Origin: Kiritimatiellia bacterium | GTDB lineage: Bacteria; Verrucomicrobiota; Kiritimatiellia; CAIQIC01; Lenti-01 | Length of the DNA stretch: 64,000 nucleotides | Assembly: GCA_050176815.1 (NCBI GenBank) | Contig: JBFXHR010000003.1 | Span: forward strand, 49,392 to 113,391 | Direction of reading: 5' to 3' | Part shown: piece by piece, positions 1-9,002 of the stretch | Layout: each line of letters opens with the position of its first letter | How positions within the stretch are numbered: the first letter of the stretch is position 1 | Position numbers and translations under genes: made by a program | The notes under the pieces: model-generated | Seen by the model: the letters and a program-made list of their open reading frames with translations, nothing else | Told to the model about the DNA's origin: nothing | Databases searched by the model: none

Positions 1-437
1 GGCTGCTGGGGTTCGACGTCCTGTTTTCCAACGCCTACGGCGACGACGAGATCGTGGCGATTTCCGAGGAGCAAAACCGCATCGTGCTCACGCGCGACCG
101 GCGGCTGCTCTGTGCCAAGGCGGTGACGCACGGCTACTGGGTGCGGTCGGTCTGGCCGTCGCGGCAGGTGGAGGAGGTGCTCCGCCGTTTCGACCTGGCG
201 GGACAGGTCCGGCCGTTCTCCCGCTGCGCGGACTGCAACGGGCAAATCGAGCCGGTCGCCAAGGACCAAATCGCCGGCCAATTGGAGCCCAAGACGCGCA
301 AGTACTACGAGAAATTCTATCGCTGCCCGTCCTGCGGCAAGATCTACTGGGAAGGGTCCCACGTCGGGAAGATCCGCGAGCGGTTCCGCGCGGTGCTGGA
401 TGGGCGGAAACCCAACGAAGCGCCGGACGGACCTTGA
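1..437 (+). CDS. Mut7-C RNase domain protein (DUF82-like), N-terminus cut by window start
   Basis: Frame 3 is open from nt 3 and reads LLGFDVLFSNAYGDDEIVAISEEQNRIVLTRDRRLL. A C-terminal CxxC...CxxC zinc ribbon follows (RCADCNG ... CPSCGK). This matches the Mut7-C/PF01927 layout. Confidence 0.6.
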   Translation, partial: LLGFDVLFSNAYGDDEIVAISEEQNRIVLTRDRRLLCAKAVTHGYWVRSVWPSRQVEEVLRRFDLAGQVRPFSRCADCNGQIEPVAKDQIAGQLEPKTRKYYEKFYRCPSCGKIYWEGSHVGKIRERFRAVLDGRKPNEAPDGP

Positions 438-508
438 CTCGGCCGGGGCGTCGGGAATAAACTGCGTCCAGTTGTGGTCGCGGTGTTCGGAACCCAGGAG
501 ACGTCTGG

Positions 509-1207
509 ATGAATAGCGTTCGAGTAGGATGGGGGGCATGGGCGTGGTTTTTGATTTTCTGCGGCGCGGCCGCGGCCCAGACGGCCCAACCGTCCTCGGT
601 GCAGGACGCGGCGGGCGGCCGCTCGGCGGGGGGCGATTACGCGCTGGCGGCGTCGGCGGCGCAGCCGGGGGGCGTGCGTGCTTCCGCGGCGGGGGGCACG
701 GGCGGCCTGCGCCACCAGGCGGGATTCCTGGGGACGTTCATCCTGCGGCCGGAGCTGGACCGCGACGGCGACGGGCTGCCGGACGAGTCGGACGACGACA
801 ACGACGGCGACGGCCTCGAGGACGCGGCCGAGCTGGCGGGCAGCGATTTCGCCGCGGCCTGGGGCGTGGCGGCGGCGACGGACCCGAACGCGGCCGACAG
901 CGACGGGGACGACGCGGGCGACGAACACGAATTGTCCGCGGGGACCGATCCCAACGACCCGGCCGGCTTCTTCGCGATCACCGACATCCGCCGGGAAGCG
1001 GCCGGCATGCGGGTAACGTGGCAAGGCCGCGGAGCGGGCAGCCGCTACCAGGTGCTGTATCGCGACGGGACCTACGCCGTGCCCGACGATTTGCTGGAAG
1101 AAGTCGCGGTGGAGGTGTTCGCCGGCGCGCCGTGGTACTTCGCGACGACTTCGGTGGTGGACGCCGCCGAGTCCGACGCGCGGCACTACGGCGTCGAGAA
1201 GCAATAA
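509..1207 (+). CDS. Secreted calcium-binding protein with thrombospondin type-3-like Asp-rich repeats
   Basis: N-terminal signal peptide (WGAWAWFLIFCGAAAAQTA). Repeated DxDxDGxxD motifs (DRDGDGLPDESDDDNDGDGLED, DSDGDDAGDE, DPNDP). The alternative-frame and antisense ORFs over this region are Arg/Gly-rich GC artefacts. Confidence 0.6.
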   Translation: MNSVRVGWGAWAWFLIFCGAAAAQTAQPSSVQDAAGGRSAGGDYALAASAAQPGGVRASAAGGTGGLRHQAGFLGTFILRPELDRDGDGLPDESDDDNDGDGLEDAAELAGSDFAAAWGVAAATDPNAADSDGDDAGDEHELSAGTDPNDPAGFFAITDIRREAAGMRVTWQGRGAGSRYQVLYRDGTYAVPDDLLEEVAVEVFAGAPWYFATTSVVDAAESDARHYGVEKQ

Positions 1208-1240
1208 AGCGGATTTCAAAAGAGACAACGGAGGCAGGGC

Positions 1241-4200
1241 ATGAACATCCGGACGTGGTTGGCGGCGGGCATCTGGGCGGCGGGCGCGGGCGTGGCGGGG
1301 GCGTTTCCGACGGCCATCCACCAGCAGGGGCGCTTGCTGGACGGCACGAATCTCTACAACGGGGCGGCGACGGTCGTCTTTCGGCTCTACGACGTCCTGG
1401 AAGGCGGCGCGGCGCTGGCCGGCGCCACCAACGACGTGACCGTGGTGGATGGACTGTATGCCGCGACGCTGGACTTGGCGCCGGCCGAATGGGCGGCCGT
1501 CCTCGCGAACGCGGACCTCTATCTGGAAACGGAAATCAACGCCGTGCCGCTGGCGCCCCGCGAACGGATCGGCGCGGCGGCCTATGCCCGGCTGGCCGCC
1601 GGCGTGACCAACGGCGCCATCGGCGAACTCCAGCTGGCCGCCGGCGCGGTCACGGTGGACAAAATCGGACTGGGCGCCGTGACGGCGGCCAAAATCGGTC
1701 CCGGCGCGGTGACGGGCGACAAGCTCGGGGGCGACTCGGTGAATTCGGGCAAGATTCTCGACGGCAGCGTCGCGGCGGACGACGTGGAGCCCAACGCGTT
1801 CTGGCGCACGGACGGGAACGCGGGGGTGGGCAGCGGCAGTTTCATCGGCACGACGGATGGCGTTGCCTTCGAGATCCGGGCCAACAACGTGGCGGCCTTT
1901 CGGGCGATCAGCCCCGGAGCCGGGGTGGCCCACACCTTGTGCCTGGGCTACTCCAATACGATCGGCGTGGCGCCGGGCGCGGCCATCGGCGGCGGCAGCC
2001 TCAACGAAGTCGGCGACAACGACCACAACGTCGTGCTGGGCGGCGGTTCGGGAAACGCCGTGGATGACGGCGCCCAAAGCAGCGTGCTGGGCGGCGGCGC
2101 CTACAACAGGATTCAAACCGATGCCGTGTTGGCGACGTTGGGGGGCGGCCTGTGGAACACGATCGGGGCCAGCGCCAGGGCCGCCACGCTTGCCGGCGGG
2201 CAGTACAACGTGGTCTCGGCGACCAACGCCGCGATCGGCGGCGGCGCCAGCAACGAAGTGGCGGGCGCGCGGAGCGTCGTGGCCGGGGGCGTCCGCAACC
2301 GGGCCTTGGCGGCGGATGCGGCGATCGGCGGCGGGACCGGCAACGTCGCGACCAACAATGCCTCGCGCAGCGTCATCGGCGGCGGCCAGAACAATTTCGT
2401 TTCCGGGGGCGGCGCGACAATCGCGGGCGGCGACAACAACCGCGCCACGGCCATCAACGCCGCGGTGGGCGGCGGCAACGGCAACGCCGCCTCGGAAATC
2501 ATCGCGACGATCGGCGGCGGCATCAACAACCGGGCGGCGACGGAAGCCAGCACCATCGGCGGCGGCGCCAACAACTACGCCGGCGGCGGTTATGGCTGGG
2601 CGACGGTGGGCGGCGGGTCCGGCAACCAAGCGACGGGATCGTACGCCACGGTGGCGGGCGGCGACGGCAACGTGGCGCAGGAGAAGGGATTCGTGGGCGG
2701 CGGCGGCAACAACCGGATGGGCGTAGGCGGACGCTGCGGCGCGATCGCGGGCGGCCAGGACAACTACATCGAATCCTCGCAGTCCCATGGCACCATCGGC
2801 GGCGGGAAGGGCAATTACGTCACGGCGGGGACCAACACGATCGCGGGCGGGGCCAGCAACGTGCTGTTTGCGCCGTTCGGCTTCATCGGCGGCGGGTTCG
2901 ACAACTTTTCCCAAGGCAGCTACGGGACCGTGGCCGGCGGCCGCGGCGGCGTCGTGGACGGAAACTACGGCGCGATTGGCGGCGGGTGGGCCAACTATGC
3001 GGCCGGCGCCGCGACGGTGGCCGGCGGCGTGAGCAACAGCGCGGTAGGGGGGTATGCCGCGATCGGCGGCGGGAGCGGAAACGCCGTGAGCAACGGGGCG
3101 AACCTGAGCGTCGTCGGCGGCGGCGGAAACAACGCGATCGGCTTAGATTCCGCGCAGGGCGTGATTGCCGGCGGGAAAAACAATTACATCTTCACCAATT
3201 CCCCCTGCGGCGCCATTGGCGGCGGGATGAGCAATATGCTGATCGGGACCGGCAGCGCGATCGGCGGCGGAATCAACAACTCCAGTCTGGGGGATTCTAC
3301 GACGATCGCGGGCGGTTGGAGAAATGGCGTATGGGGATCGGAAGCCACCATCGGCGGCGGGGGGGACAACTTTGCGATGGGCGGCGCCACGGTGGCCGGC
3401 GGCGCGAGCAACAGCGCGGGGGGCGCTTACAGCATGATCCCGGGTGGATTTTCCAACAACACGATAGGCGCCTACAGTTTCGCGGCGGGACAGCAGGCGT
3501 ATGCGATGTACAAGGGCTCGTTCGTCTGGGCGGACAGCACCGACGAGAAGTTCGAGTCCACCACCAACGACCAGTTCAGCGTGCGCGCGGCGGGAGGCGT
3601 TCGCCTGGTGGGTTCGACCAACCTCGGTTCACTGACGATCTCTCCGCTTCATTCCGGCGGAAACCAGGATGCGCAGATCTACCTGACCGAAACCGAACTG
3701 GGCGGCTACGGGACGATCCTCAAGCACGACGGACTGACCAATGAATTCCAGATCTGGGGCAAAACCCCCACGGCCACCAATGGCCCGCATCTGGTCGTGG
3801 CGCGCGACGTCAGCCGCGTCGGCGTCGGCCGGACGCCGTCGGCCAACGCGCTGGAGGTGGAAGGCAACGCCTCGAAGACGGTGGCGGGGAGCTGGCTGGC
3901 GAACTCGGACGCGCGCATCAAGACCGACGTGCGGACGATCGACGGCGCGCTGGAGACGCTGGCCAAGCTGCGGCCGGTGGCGTTCCGCTACACGCCGGAA
4001 CACCGCGCGAAGCATCCGTCCATCGCCGACCGCGACTACCACAACTTCATCGCGCAGGAATACCGCGAGGTGTTTCCCAACGCGGTGCAGGAGGACGGCG
4101 AGGGGCTGCTGCAGATCGACACCTACGACGTGCAGCCGTACCTGGTCCGCGCCGCGCAGGAGTTGGCCGCCGCGGTCGCCGAGCTGCGGCAGGAAAACGC

Positions 4201-4243
4201 CGGCCTGCGCGCGCGGATCGAGGCGCTCGAAGCCGCGCCGTAG
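1241..4243 (+). CDS. Tail-fiber domain-containing surface protein (beta-helix repeat) with C-terminal peptidase-S74 intramolecular chaperone domain
   Basis: Signal peptide. About 700 aa of degenerate IGGGxxNxxxGxxS repeats. The C-terminus (SDARIKTDVRTIDGALETLAKLRPVAFRYT...NFIAQEYREVFPNAV...IDTYDVQPYLVRAAQEL) matches the endosialidase/tail-fibre auto-chaperone S74 domain. A coiled-coil tail follows. Confidence 0.75.
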   Translation: MNIRTWLAAGIWAAGAGVAGAFPTAIHQQGRLLDGTNLYNGAATVVFRLYDVLEGGAALAGATNDVTVVDGLYAATLDLAPAEWAAVLANADLYLETEINAVPLAPRERIGAAAYARLAAGVTNGAIGELQLAAGAVTVDKIGLGAVTAAKIGPGAVTGDKLGGDSVNSGKILDGSVAADDVEPNAFWRTDGNAGVGSGSFIGTTDGVAFEIRANNVAAFRAISPGAGVAHTLCLGYSNTIGVAPGAAIGGGSLNEVGDNDHNVVLGGGSGNAVDDGAQSSVLGGGAYNRIQTDAVLATLGGGLWNTIGASARAATLAGGQYNVVSATNAAIGGGASNEVAGARSVVAGGVRNRALAADAAIGGGTGNVATNNASRSVIGGGQNNFVSGGGATIAGGDNNRATAINAAVGGGNGNAASEIIATIGGGINNRAATEASTIGGGANNYAGGGYGWATVGGGSGNQATGSYATVAGGDGNVAQEKGFVGGGGNNRMGVGGRCGAIAGGQDNYIESSQSHGTIGGGKGNYVTAGTNTIAGGASNVLFAPFGFIGGGFDNFSQGSYGTVAGGRGGVVDGNYGAIGGGWANYAAGAATVAGGVSNSAVGGYAAIGGGSGNAVSNGANLSVVGGGGNNAIGLDSAQGVIAGGKNNYIFTNSPCGAIGGGMSNMLIGTGSAIGGGINNSSLGDSTTIAGGWRNGVWGSEATIGGGGDNFAMGGATVAGGASNSAGGAYSMIPGGFSNNTIGAYSFAAGQQAYAMYKGSFVWADSTDEKFESTTNDQFSVRAAGGVRLVGSTNLGSLTISPLHSGGNQDAQIYLTETELGGYGTILKHDGLTNEFQIWGKTPTATNGPHLVVARDVSRVGVGRTPSANALEVEGNASKTVAGSWLANSDARIKTDVRTIDGALETLAKLRPVAFRYTPEHRAKHPSIADRDYHNFIAQEYREVFPNAVQEDGEGLLQIDTYDVQPYLVRAAQELAAAVAELRQENAGLRARIEALEAAP

Positions 4244-4257
4244 CCGCCGCGGCGGAG

Positions 4258-4298
4258 TTTTACGTAGTACGTACAAATCTTTTACGTACTACGTAAAA
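4258..4298. terminator. Perfect 16-bp stem hairpin (TTTTACGTAGTACGTA / TACGTACTACGTAAAA, 9-nt loop) flanked by T/A runs. Probable bidirectional rho-independent terminator between convergent genes.
   Basis: The exact reverse-complement arms were read directly at 4258-4273 and 4283-4298. The block is low-GC in a high-GC region. It sits between the stop of the 1241-4243 gene and the stop of the minus-strand 4313-5413 gene. Confidence 0.6.
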
Positions 4299-4311
4299 CC
4301 GCTGAAAAAAG

Positions 4312-4330
4312 TTTACGTGCTACGTAAAAC
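4312..4330. repeat. Third copy of the TTTACGT(N2)TACGTAAAAC unit, one mismatch from the hairpin arms; overlaps the stop codon of the AI-2E transporter gene
   Basis: Read directly as TTTACGTGCTACGTAAAAC. It could pair alternatively with the upstream arm. Confidence 0.5.
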
Positions 4331-5413
4331 CGGGCGGTCAAGGGGCGGCGCGGATTTCTTTTTGGCGTAGCGGTGGCCGGAGCCCATGAGGACGGCGAGG
4401 GGGGCGAGGGCCGGGATGTGGGCGAGGGCGATCTGGATGGCGGCGGCCAGCGGCACGGCAAGGAGCGCGCCGGTGATGCCCCAGAGCCAGCCCCAGAAGA
4501 CAAGGAAGAGCAGAATGACGACGGGAGAGAGGTTGAGACGGTCGCCGTAGACCTTGGGGGCGATGAAGTTGCCGAGGGTCTGCTGGATGGCGAACAGGAC
4601 GACGGCGACGCCGACGGCGGGCCATACGGCCGGGGCGTGCTGGACGAGGGCCATCAGCACGGGCGGAAGGCTCGCGACGATGGAGCCGAGCGTGGGCACG
4701 AAGTTGAAAAGGAAGGCGAGCAGGCCCCACGTGAAGGCGAATTCGACGCCCATCCACGCGAGGACGCCCCAGACCACCAGGCCGGTGACGAAGGAGATGA
4801 CGAACAGCGCGCCGAGATAGGCGCCGATCTGGCGCGAGATGACGTTGGTGAGGGCGATGAGGGCGTCGGCGCGGTCGGGCAGCGCGGCGCGCAGCTTGTC
4901 GTTGGCGTAGGGCTTGGCGAGGAGCATGAAGACGAGAAAGACCGTCACGAGAATGGCGTTGGTGATGAAGGCGATGAAAAAGCGCGACGTGCGCAGGACG
5001 AGGGGGCCGATCTGCGCGGTGAGGTCGAGGTCCTTGAGGATGGCCGAGGGAACGTTGAGTTCGCTGCCGTAGTGGGCGTAAAGCGCGGAAATCCGGTCTT
5101 GATAGGCGGGGAAGGCCTTGGCGAAGGCCAGCAGGCGCTGGTGGATGACCAGCCCCGCGCCCCAGGACGCGAGCAGCAGCAGGAGCACCACGCCGGCGAC
5201 GGCGAGCGGCGCGGGAAAACGCAGCCGGCGCACGAGGAAGGTCACGCCGGGCGCGAGCAGATAGCTCAGCAGCCACGCGATGAGCAGGGGAATGACCACG
5301 CCTTGCGCGGCCTTGAGCACCGCGCCGACGGCGATGACGGCGAGCAGGCCGAGGGAAAGGGCGGTGGCGGTGATGCGCGGCGCGCGGAGGGGAGGGAAAA
5401 CCGGCGAGTCCAT
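4313..5413 (-). CDS. AI-2E family transporter (PerM/YhhT-like permease)
   Basis: Start MDSPVF. Multi-pass membrane protein with motifs conserved in PF01594 (ALLAVPLAAAIQIA, FVPTLGSIVASLPPVL). The long ORF 4313-6100 extends upstream of the real start. Confidence 0.8.
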   Translation of the reverse strand: MDSPVFPPLRAPRITATALSLGLLAVIAVGAVLKAAQGVVIPLLIAWLLSYLLAPGVTFLVRRLRFPAPLAVAGVVLLLLLASWGAGLVIHQRLLAFAKAFPAYQDRISALYAHYGSELNVPSAILKDLDLTAQIGPLVLRTSRFFIAFITNAILVTVFLVFMLLAKPYANDKLRAALPDRADALIALTNVISRQIGAYLGALFVISFVTGLVVWGVLAWMGVEFAFTWGLLAFLFNFVPTLGSIVASLPPVLMALVQHAPAVWPAVGVAVVLFAIQQTLGNFIAPKVYGDRLNLSPVVILLFLVFWGWLWGITGALLAVPLAAAIQIALAHIPALAPLAVLMGSGHRYAKKKSAPPLDRPVLRST

Positions 5414-5424
5414 GATGCGTTCTC

Positions 5425-6267
5425 CTACGGGGAGGCGGGCGGGAGGCGGGAGGCGAAGGTCCAGGAAAGATAGAGGTCGATGCAGGCGGGGCCGCAGAAC
5501 ATCCACAGGACGGCCGCCAGCGCGATGTGCGGGCCGTAGGGAATCTTGCTCTGGAGTTCCTTTTTGCCGAGGGCGATCAGGGCGAGGCCGAGCAGCGTGC
5601 CGGAGAGCGAGGAAACGAAGACCGAAAAGAGGACGGCTTGCCAGCCGAGGCAGGCGCCGATGGCGCCGAGGAGCTTGACGTCGCCCAGACCCATGGCTTC
5701 GCGCTTGAGGACGAGGCGGCCGATCGTCGCGACGAGCCAGAGGAGGCCGTAGCCGAGGGCCAGGCCGATCAGGGATTGGACCAGCGCGGGCAGGCGCGTG
5801 GCCTGGCCCTGCAGCTCGGGAAAGGCGAACGCGAGGATCGGGCCGGCGATCATGCCGCCGATCGTGACGCGGTCGGGCAGGATGAGATGGTCCAAGTCCA
5901 CGAACGTGCCGAGAAGGAGCGCCGCGGCGAAAAGGCAATAGGCCGGGGTTTGGATGCTCCAGCCGTGGACGAGCCAAAAGCCCGCGAACAGCGCGCCGGT
6001 CAGGAGCTCGACGACGAAGTAGCGCGGGGAAATGGGCGCCCGGCAGTGGCGGCACTTGCCGTTGAGGATGAGCCACGAGAGCAACGGGACGTTGTCCCAC
6101 GGCGCGATGGCGCGGCGGCAGGCGGGGCAGCGGGAACCGGGCCAGACGATGGATTCGTCGCGCGGGATGCGCCAGATGCAGACGTTGAGGAAGCTGCCGA
6201 TGCAGAGGCCGGCGAGGAAGATGAAAGCCGTCAGGACGGGAAAGGCCGCTGGGGGGAGCGAAATCAC
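5425..6267 (-). CDS. pilD: Prepilin peptidase (type IV leader peptidase/N-methyltransferase, A24 family)
   Basis: N-terminal Cys box (CIGSFLNVCIWR...CPACRRAIAPWDNVPLLSWLILNGKCRHC). Catalytic Asp-containing TM segments (GTFVDLDHLILPD, GLGDVKLLGAIGA). Probable GTG start that overlaps the aroE stop (GTGA). Confidence 0.85.
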   Translation of the reverse strand: MISLPPAAFPVLTAFIFLAGLCIGSFLNVCIWRIPRDESIVWPGSRCPACRRAIAPWDNVPLLSWLILNGKCRHCRAPISPRYFVVELLTGALFAGFWLVHGWSIQTPAYCLFAAALLLGTFVDLDHLILPDRVTIGGMIAGPILAFAFPELQGQATRLPALVQSLIGLALGYGLLWLVATIGRLVLKREAMGLGDVKLLGAIGACLGWQAVLFSVFVSSLSGTLLGLALIALGKKELQSKIPYGPHIALAAVLWMFCGPACIDLYLSWTFASRLPPASP

Positions 6268-7136
6268 GTGCGCCGGGCTTTCAACGCCTTTTCTAGGGCG
6301 GCGCGCATGGCGGGGACGGGCGGCTTGAGGCCGGTCCACAGGCGGAAAGCGCGGACGCCTTGGTGCAGGAGCATGCCGAGGCCGTTGGACGTGCGCGCGC
6401 CGGCGGCTTGCGCGGCGGCGAGCAGGGGCGTGACGGCGGGATTGTAGATGAGATCGAAGACGAGCTGGCCCTTGCGGAAGGATTCGGGGGGCAGCAGCGA
6501 CGGATCGCCCGGATGCATGCCGACGGGCGTGGCCTGGATGATCAAATCGCCATCGCGGGCCGCGGCGCGGGCGCGGCCGAGGGAGACGCCGGCGACGGGG
6601 AGCCCCGGCGCGGCCTGGCGCAGGGCGAGGAGCAGGCGGCGGCGCGCGGCGAGGTTGACGTCCGCGACGAGGATTTCCGCGGCGCCCCGCATGGCGCAGG
6701 TCAGGGCGAGGGCGCGGCCGGCGCCGCCGCAGCCGAGCACGAGAACGCGCCGGTCGCGCGGGGAGGCACGGAAGGCTTCCTGCAGCGCGTCGAGGAATCC
6801 AGGCGCGTCGGTGTTGTCGCCGAACAGGGAACCATCCGGGCGGAAGACGACCGTGTTGACGGAATGCAGCAATTGCGCGACGTCGGAGAGCTTGCCTTTG
6901 GCGGCGAGAAAGCGGTAGGCGGCTTCCTTGTGGGGGATGGTCACGTTGACGCCGCCGCATGGATCGGCGCGGAGGGTTTCCAGCGTGCGGGGGACGTTGC
7001 CGGGGGCGACGTCGAGCAGGGCATAGTTCGCGCGCAGGCCGAGGGCCTTGAAGGCGGCGTTGTGCATGAAGGGGGAGAGCGAGTGGCCGACGGGATGGCC
7101 GAGGAGGAAGAACGCGGTGGGTTTTCCTTTCTTCAT
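6264..7136 (-). CDS. aroE: Shikimate dehydrogenase
   Basis: Motifs LLGHPVGHSLSPFMHNAAF, NVTIPHKEAA, GDNTDAPGF, VLGCGGAGRA. The start could instead be the upstream ATG at 7157. Confidence 0.9.
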   Translation of the reverse strand: MKKGKPTAFFLLGHPVGHSLSPFMHNAAFKALGLRANYALLDVAPGNVPRTLETLRADPCGGVNVTIPHKEAAYRFLAAKGKLSDVAQLLHSVNTVVFRPDGSLFGDNTDAPGFLDALQEAFRASPRDRRVLVLGCGGAGRALALTCAMRGAAEILVADVNLAARRRLLLALRQAAPGLPVAGVSLGRARAAARDGDLIIQATPVGMHPGDPSLLPPESFRKGQLVFDLIYNPAVTPLLAAAQAAGARTSNGLGMLLHQGVRAFRLWTGLKPPVPAMRAALEKALKARRT

Positions 7137-7188
7137 GGCGGTCAAAGAGTGGCGCATTTCGAGGCGGAGGAAAAGGCGAAAAGGGCGC

Positions 7189-7758
7189 TCATGGGGTTGC
7201 GCCCTGCCGGAGCAATGCGGCCAGCGCTTTTCCCAGCGGATGGGGCGGCGTCCGGAACGACAGCCCGTTTTTGTCTTTGGTCGCGAAACCGCCGGCGATC
7301 AACGTCCGGAGATGGAGATGGAAGGAACAAGGCGACATGGGGACCGAGGCGAGCAGTTGGCCGGAAGTCTTGGGCGATTCCAACAGAGAGCGGGCCATGG
7401 CGATGCGGCGCTCGTGGGCCAGGCCGGCGGCGATGGCCGCGATTTCCCCATCGCGGCGGGCCGGCCGGGATTTCAGCGCCGTTTGCAACGCCTTCAACAG
7501 AGGCGCGGCGGAAGAAACCTGCGGGTCCGCGCATGGGCGGTAGACCAGGGCCGCCCCGCGATGGGTCGGTTTGAGCAGGCCGCGCGACTGGATGCGGCGC
7601 ATTTCCTGGCTGGCAAAGGGGCGGCAGATGCCAAGGGCGTCCGCCAGCGCGGCGATGTTTTGCCCCGGGCCGTCGTGCAGCTGGCGCAGCAATTTGATTC
7701 GGGTCTTTCCCGCCAGCATCCGGCAGGTTCGCCACAAGGTGGGATTCAGGTTTTGCAT
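7189..7758 (-). CDS. ArsR/SmtB-like winged-helix transcriptional regulator
   Basis: The N-terminus WRTCRMLAGKTRIKLLRQL...NIAALADALGICRPFASQEMRRIQSRGLL resembles an ArsR-family HTH. No other domain was recognised. Confidence 0.55.
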   Translation of the reverse strand: MQNLNPTLWRTCRMLAGKTRIKLLRQLHDGPGQNIAALADALGICRPFASQEMRRIQSRGLLKPTHRGAALVYRPCADPQVSSAAPLLKALQTALKSRPARRDGEIAAIAAGLAHERRIAMARSLLESPKTSGQLLASVPMSPCSFHLHLRTLIAGGFATKDKNGLSFRTPPHPLGKALAALLRQGATP

Positions 7759-7792
7759 GGGGTCCGTCCTGTCGTTGATCCGGATGGGATGT

Positions 7793-7845
7793 TTCTAGTA
7801 ATTGCAATTACTATACTACAGTAGTTGCAAATACTATAGCAATCT
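7793..7845. promoter_or_regulatory. AT-rich island with two 17-bp direct repeats (TAATTGCAATTACTATA / TAGTTGCAAATACTATA), immediately upstream of the ArsR-like gene
   Basis: Read directly. The core AATTGCAATT is a perfect 10-bp palindrome. Low GC contrasts sharply with the flanks. Its position fits an autoregulatory operator and promoter. Confidence 0.5.
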
Positions 7846-8027
7846 GGAATCGAACGGAAGACCGGAGGAAGAAACAGCGGAAGTTCGCGCCGGCGGTCGG
7901 CGGACGACGAATTCGCCCTTGAGGGAATGGGGGGCGTAGGGGGCGCGGAGGCGGGCGGGAGGGGAGCCAGAAAGATTTTGGCAGGAAAACAGGAAACGAT
8001 CGGGGAAACCGGAGAACCGCCGGAGAA

Positions 8028-9002
8028 TCAGTCCGGGATGGATCGAGAGGGCGGGGTGCAGGAAAAATCCACGATGAGGGGCAGGTGGTCGGATCCGACG
8101 TTGCGGCCGACGGACCGAGCGTGGATGGCAATTTCATCGGAATGGAGCGCGTGGTCGAGGGGAATCCAGAGCAAGGGGAGGAAAGAAGGCCAGGTCGGCC
8201 GGATGGAACGGCCTTTGGCCGAATCCATCAATCCGCTGTTTTCCAGGAAGCGGCGGTAGGCGGGCGACCAGGGCGAGGCGTTGAGATCGCCGAGCAGCAG
8301 GACGGGGCCGGAGAGGACGGCGATTTCGCCGGCGAGCCACTCCAGCTGGCGATCTCGTTCCGCTGCGAGCAGGGCTCCGCCCGGGGGCATGGGATGGGTG
8401 GCGATGAGGGTCAGGCGGAGGCCCTCCAGGCGCAATTCCGCGAAGACGGAGGGAACGTCCACGATGCCGAAAGGCTCGACGCGGGCGGAATCGAGAGGAT
8501 GGCGGCTAAAGAGGCCGATGCCGAAGTTGTCGTAGCGCGCGGCCACCTGCCGATGGGGATACGATTCCAGCGCGGGGGCGAGTTCTTCCAGCCAGCGCGG
8601 GGAGATTTCCTCCAGCACAAGCAGGTCGGGCCGGGCGTTGGAGATGGCGGCGCGGACGGCGGCGGGATCGCCGCGCTGGCAGTTGACGTTCATGAGCATG
8701 GCGCGAAAAATAGAATCGGCTGGCGGTGCTGCGGGAGCCGGCGGCCAGAGGAACAGAAGAACGGGAGCGGCATTGATCGAGGCGAGGATCAGCGCACCGG
8801 CGAAACCGCGCCATTTCCTCCCGAGCGCGAATATCGCGGAGAGCAGGAGAAAGCCAAGCGCGTATTGCAGGCGGAAATGCGAAAGGATTTCCAGCCACCA
8901 GGAATAGGATCCCAGAAAACCAGCGAGGCTGATGACGGCGGCGGCGAATCCCAGCGCGCCCAAGAGACCCCAGAAACCCAGGCGCATGCGGATGGCGATC
9001 AT
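8028..9002 (-). CDS. Endonuclease/exonuclease/phosphatase (EEP) family membrane protein
   Basis: Three N-terminal TM helices are followed by an EEP fold with the terminal motif SDHLPLIVDF. Earlier it carries LLLGDLNASPWSP and ATHPMPPG. Confidence 0.7.
   Translation of the reverse strand: MIAIRMRLGFWGLLGALGFAAAVISLAGFLGSYSWWLEILSHFRLQYALGFLLLSAIFALGRKWRGFAGALILASINAAPVLLFLWPPAPAAPPADSIFRAMLMNVNCQRGDPAAVRAAISNARPDLLVLEEISPRWLEELAPALESYPHRQVAARYDNFGIGLFSRHPLDSARVEPFGIVDVPSVFAELRLEGLRLTLIATHPMPPGGALLAAERDRQLEWLAGEIAVLSGPVLLLGDLNASPWSPAYRRFLENSGLMDSAKGRSIRPTWPSFLPLLWIPLDHALHSDEIAIHARSVGRNVGSDHLPLIVDFSCTPPSRSIPD

Noticed and set aside
344-2914. Very long ORFs in alternative frames or antisense to real genes (for example 344-2914 -, 529-2067 +, 2152-3744 +, 13396-15909 -, 16030-18447 -, 16041-18602 +, 34068-39029 -, 40233-43691 -, 55241-57673 +, 58095-62378 - upstream part, 61478-63721 -)
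   Set aside because: Their translations are Arg/Gly/Pro/Ala-rich low-complexity strings with no motifs. They overlap genes with clear conserved domains (gyrB, gyrA, pilus genes, XDH). This is the expected stop-codon-poor shadow-ORF artefact of high-GC DNA.
1241-4243. Prophage or tailocin remnant suggested by the tail-fibre/S74 domain
   Set aside because: No other phage-like gene (capsid, terminase, portal, baseplate, integrase, holin) is in the flanking 10 kb. The protein has a Sec signal peptide, which fits a cellular surface protein. The interpretation is recorded under findings instead.
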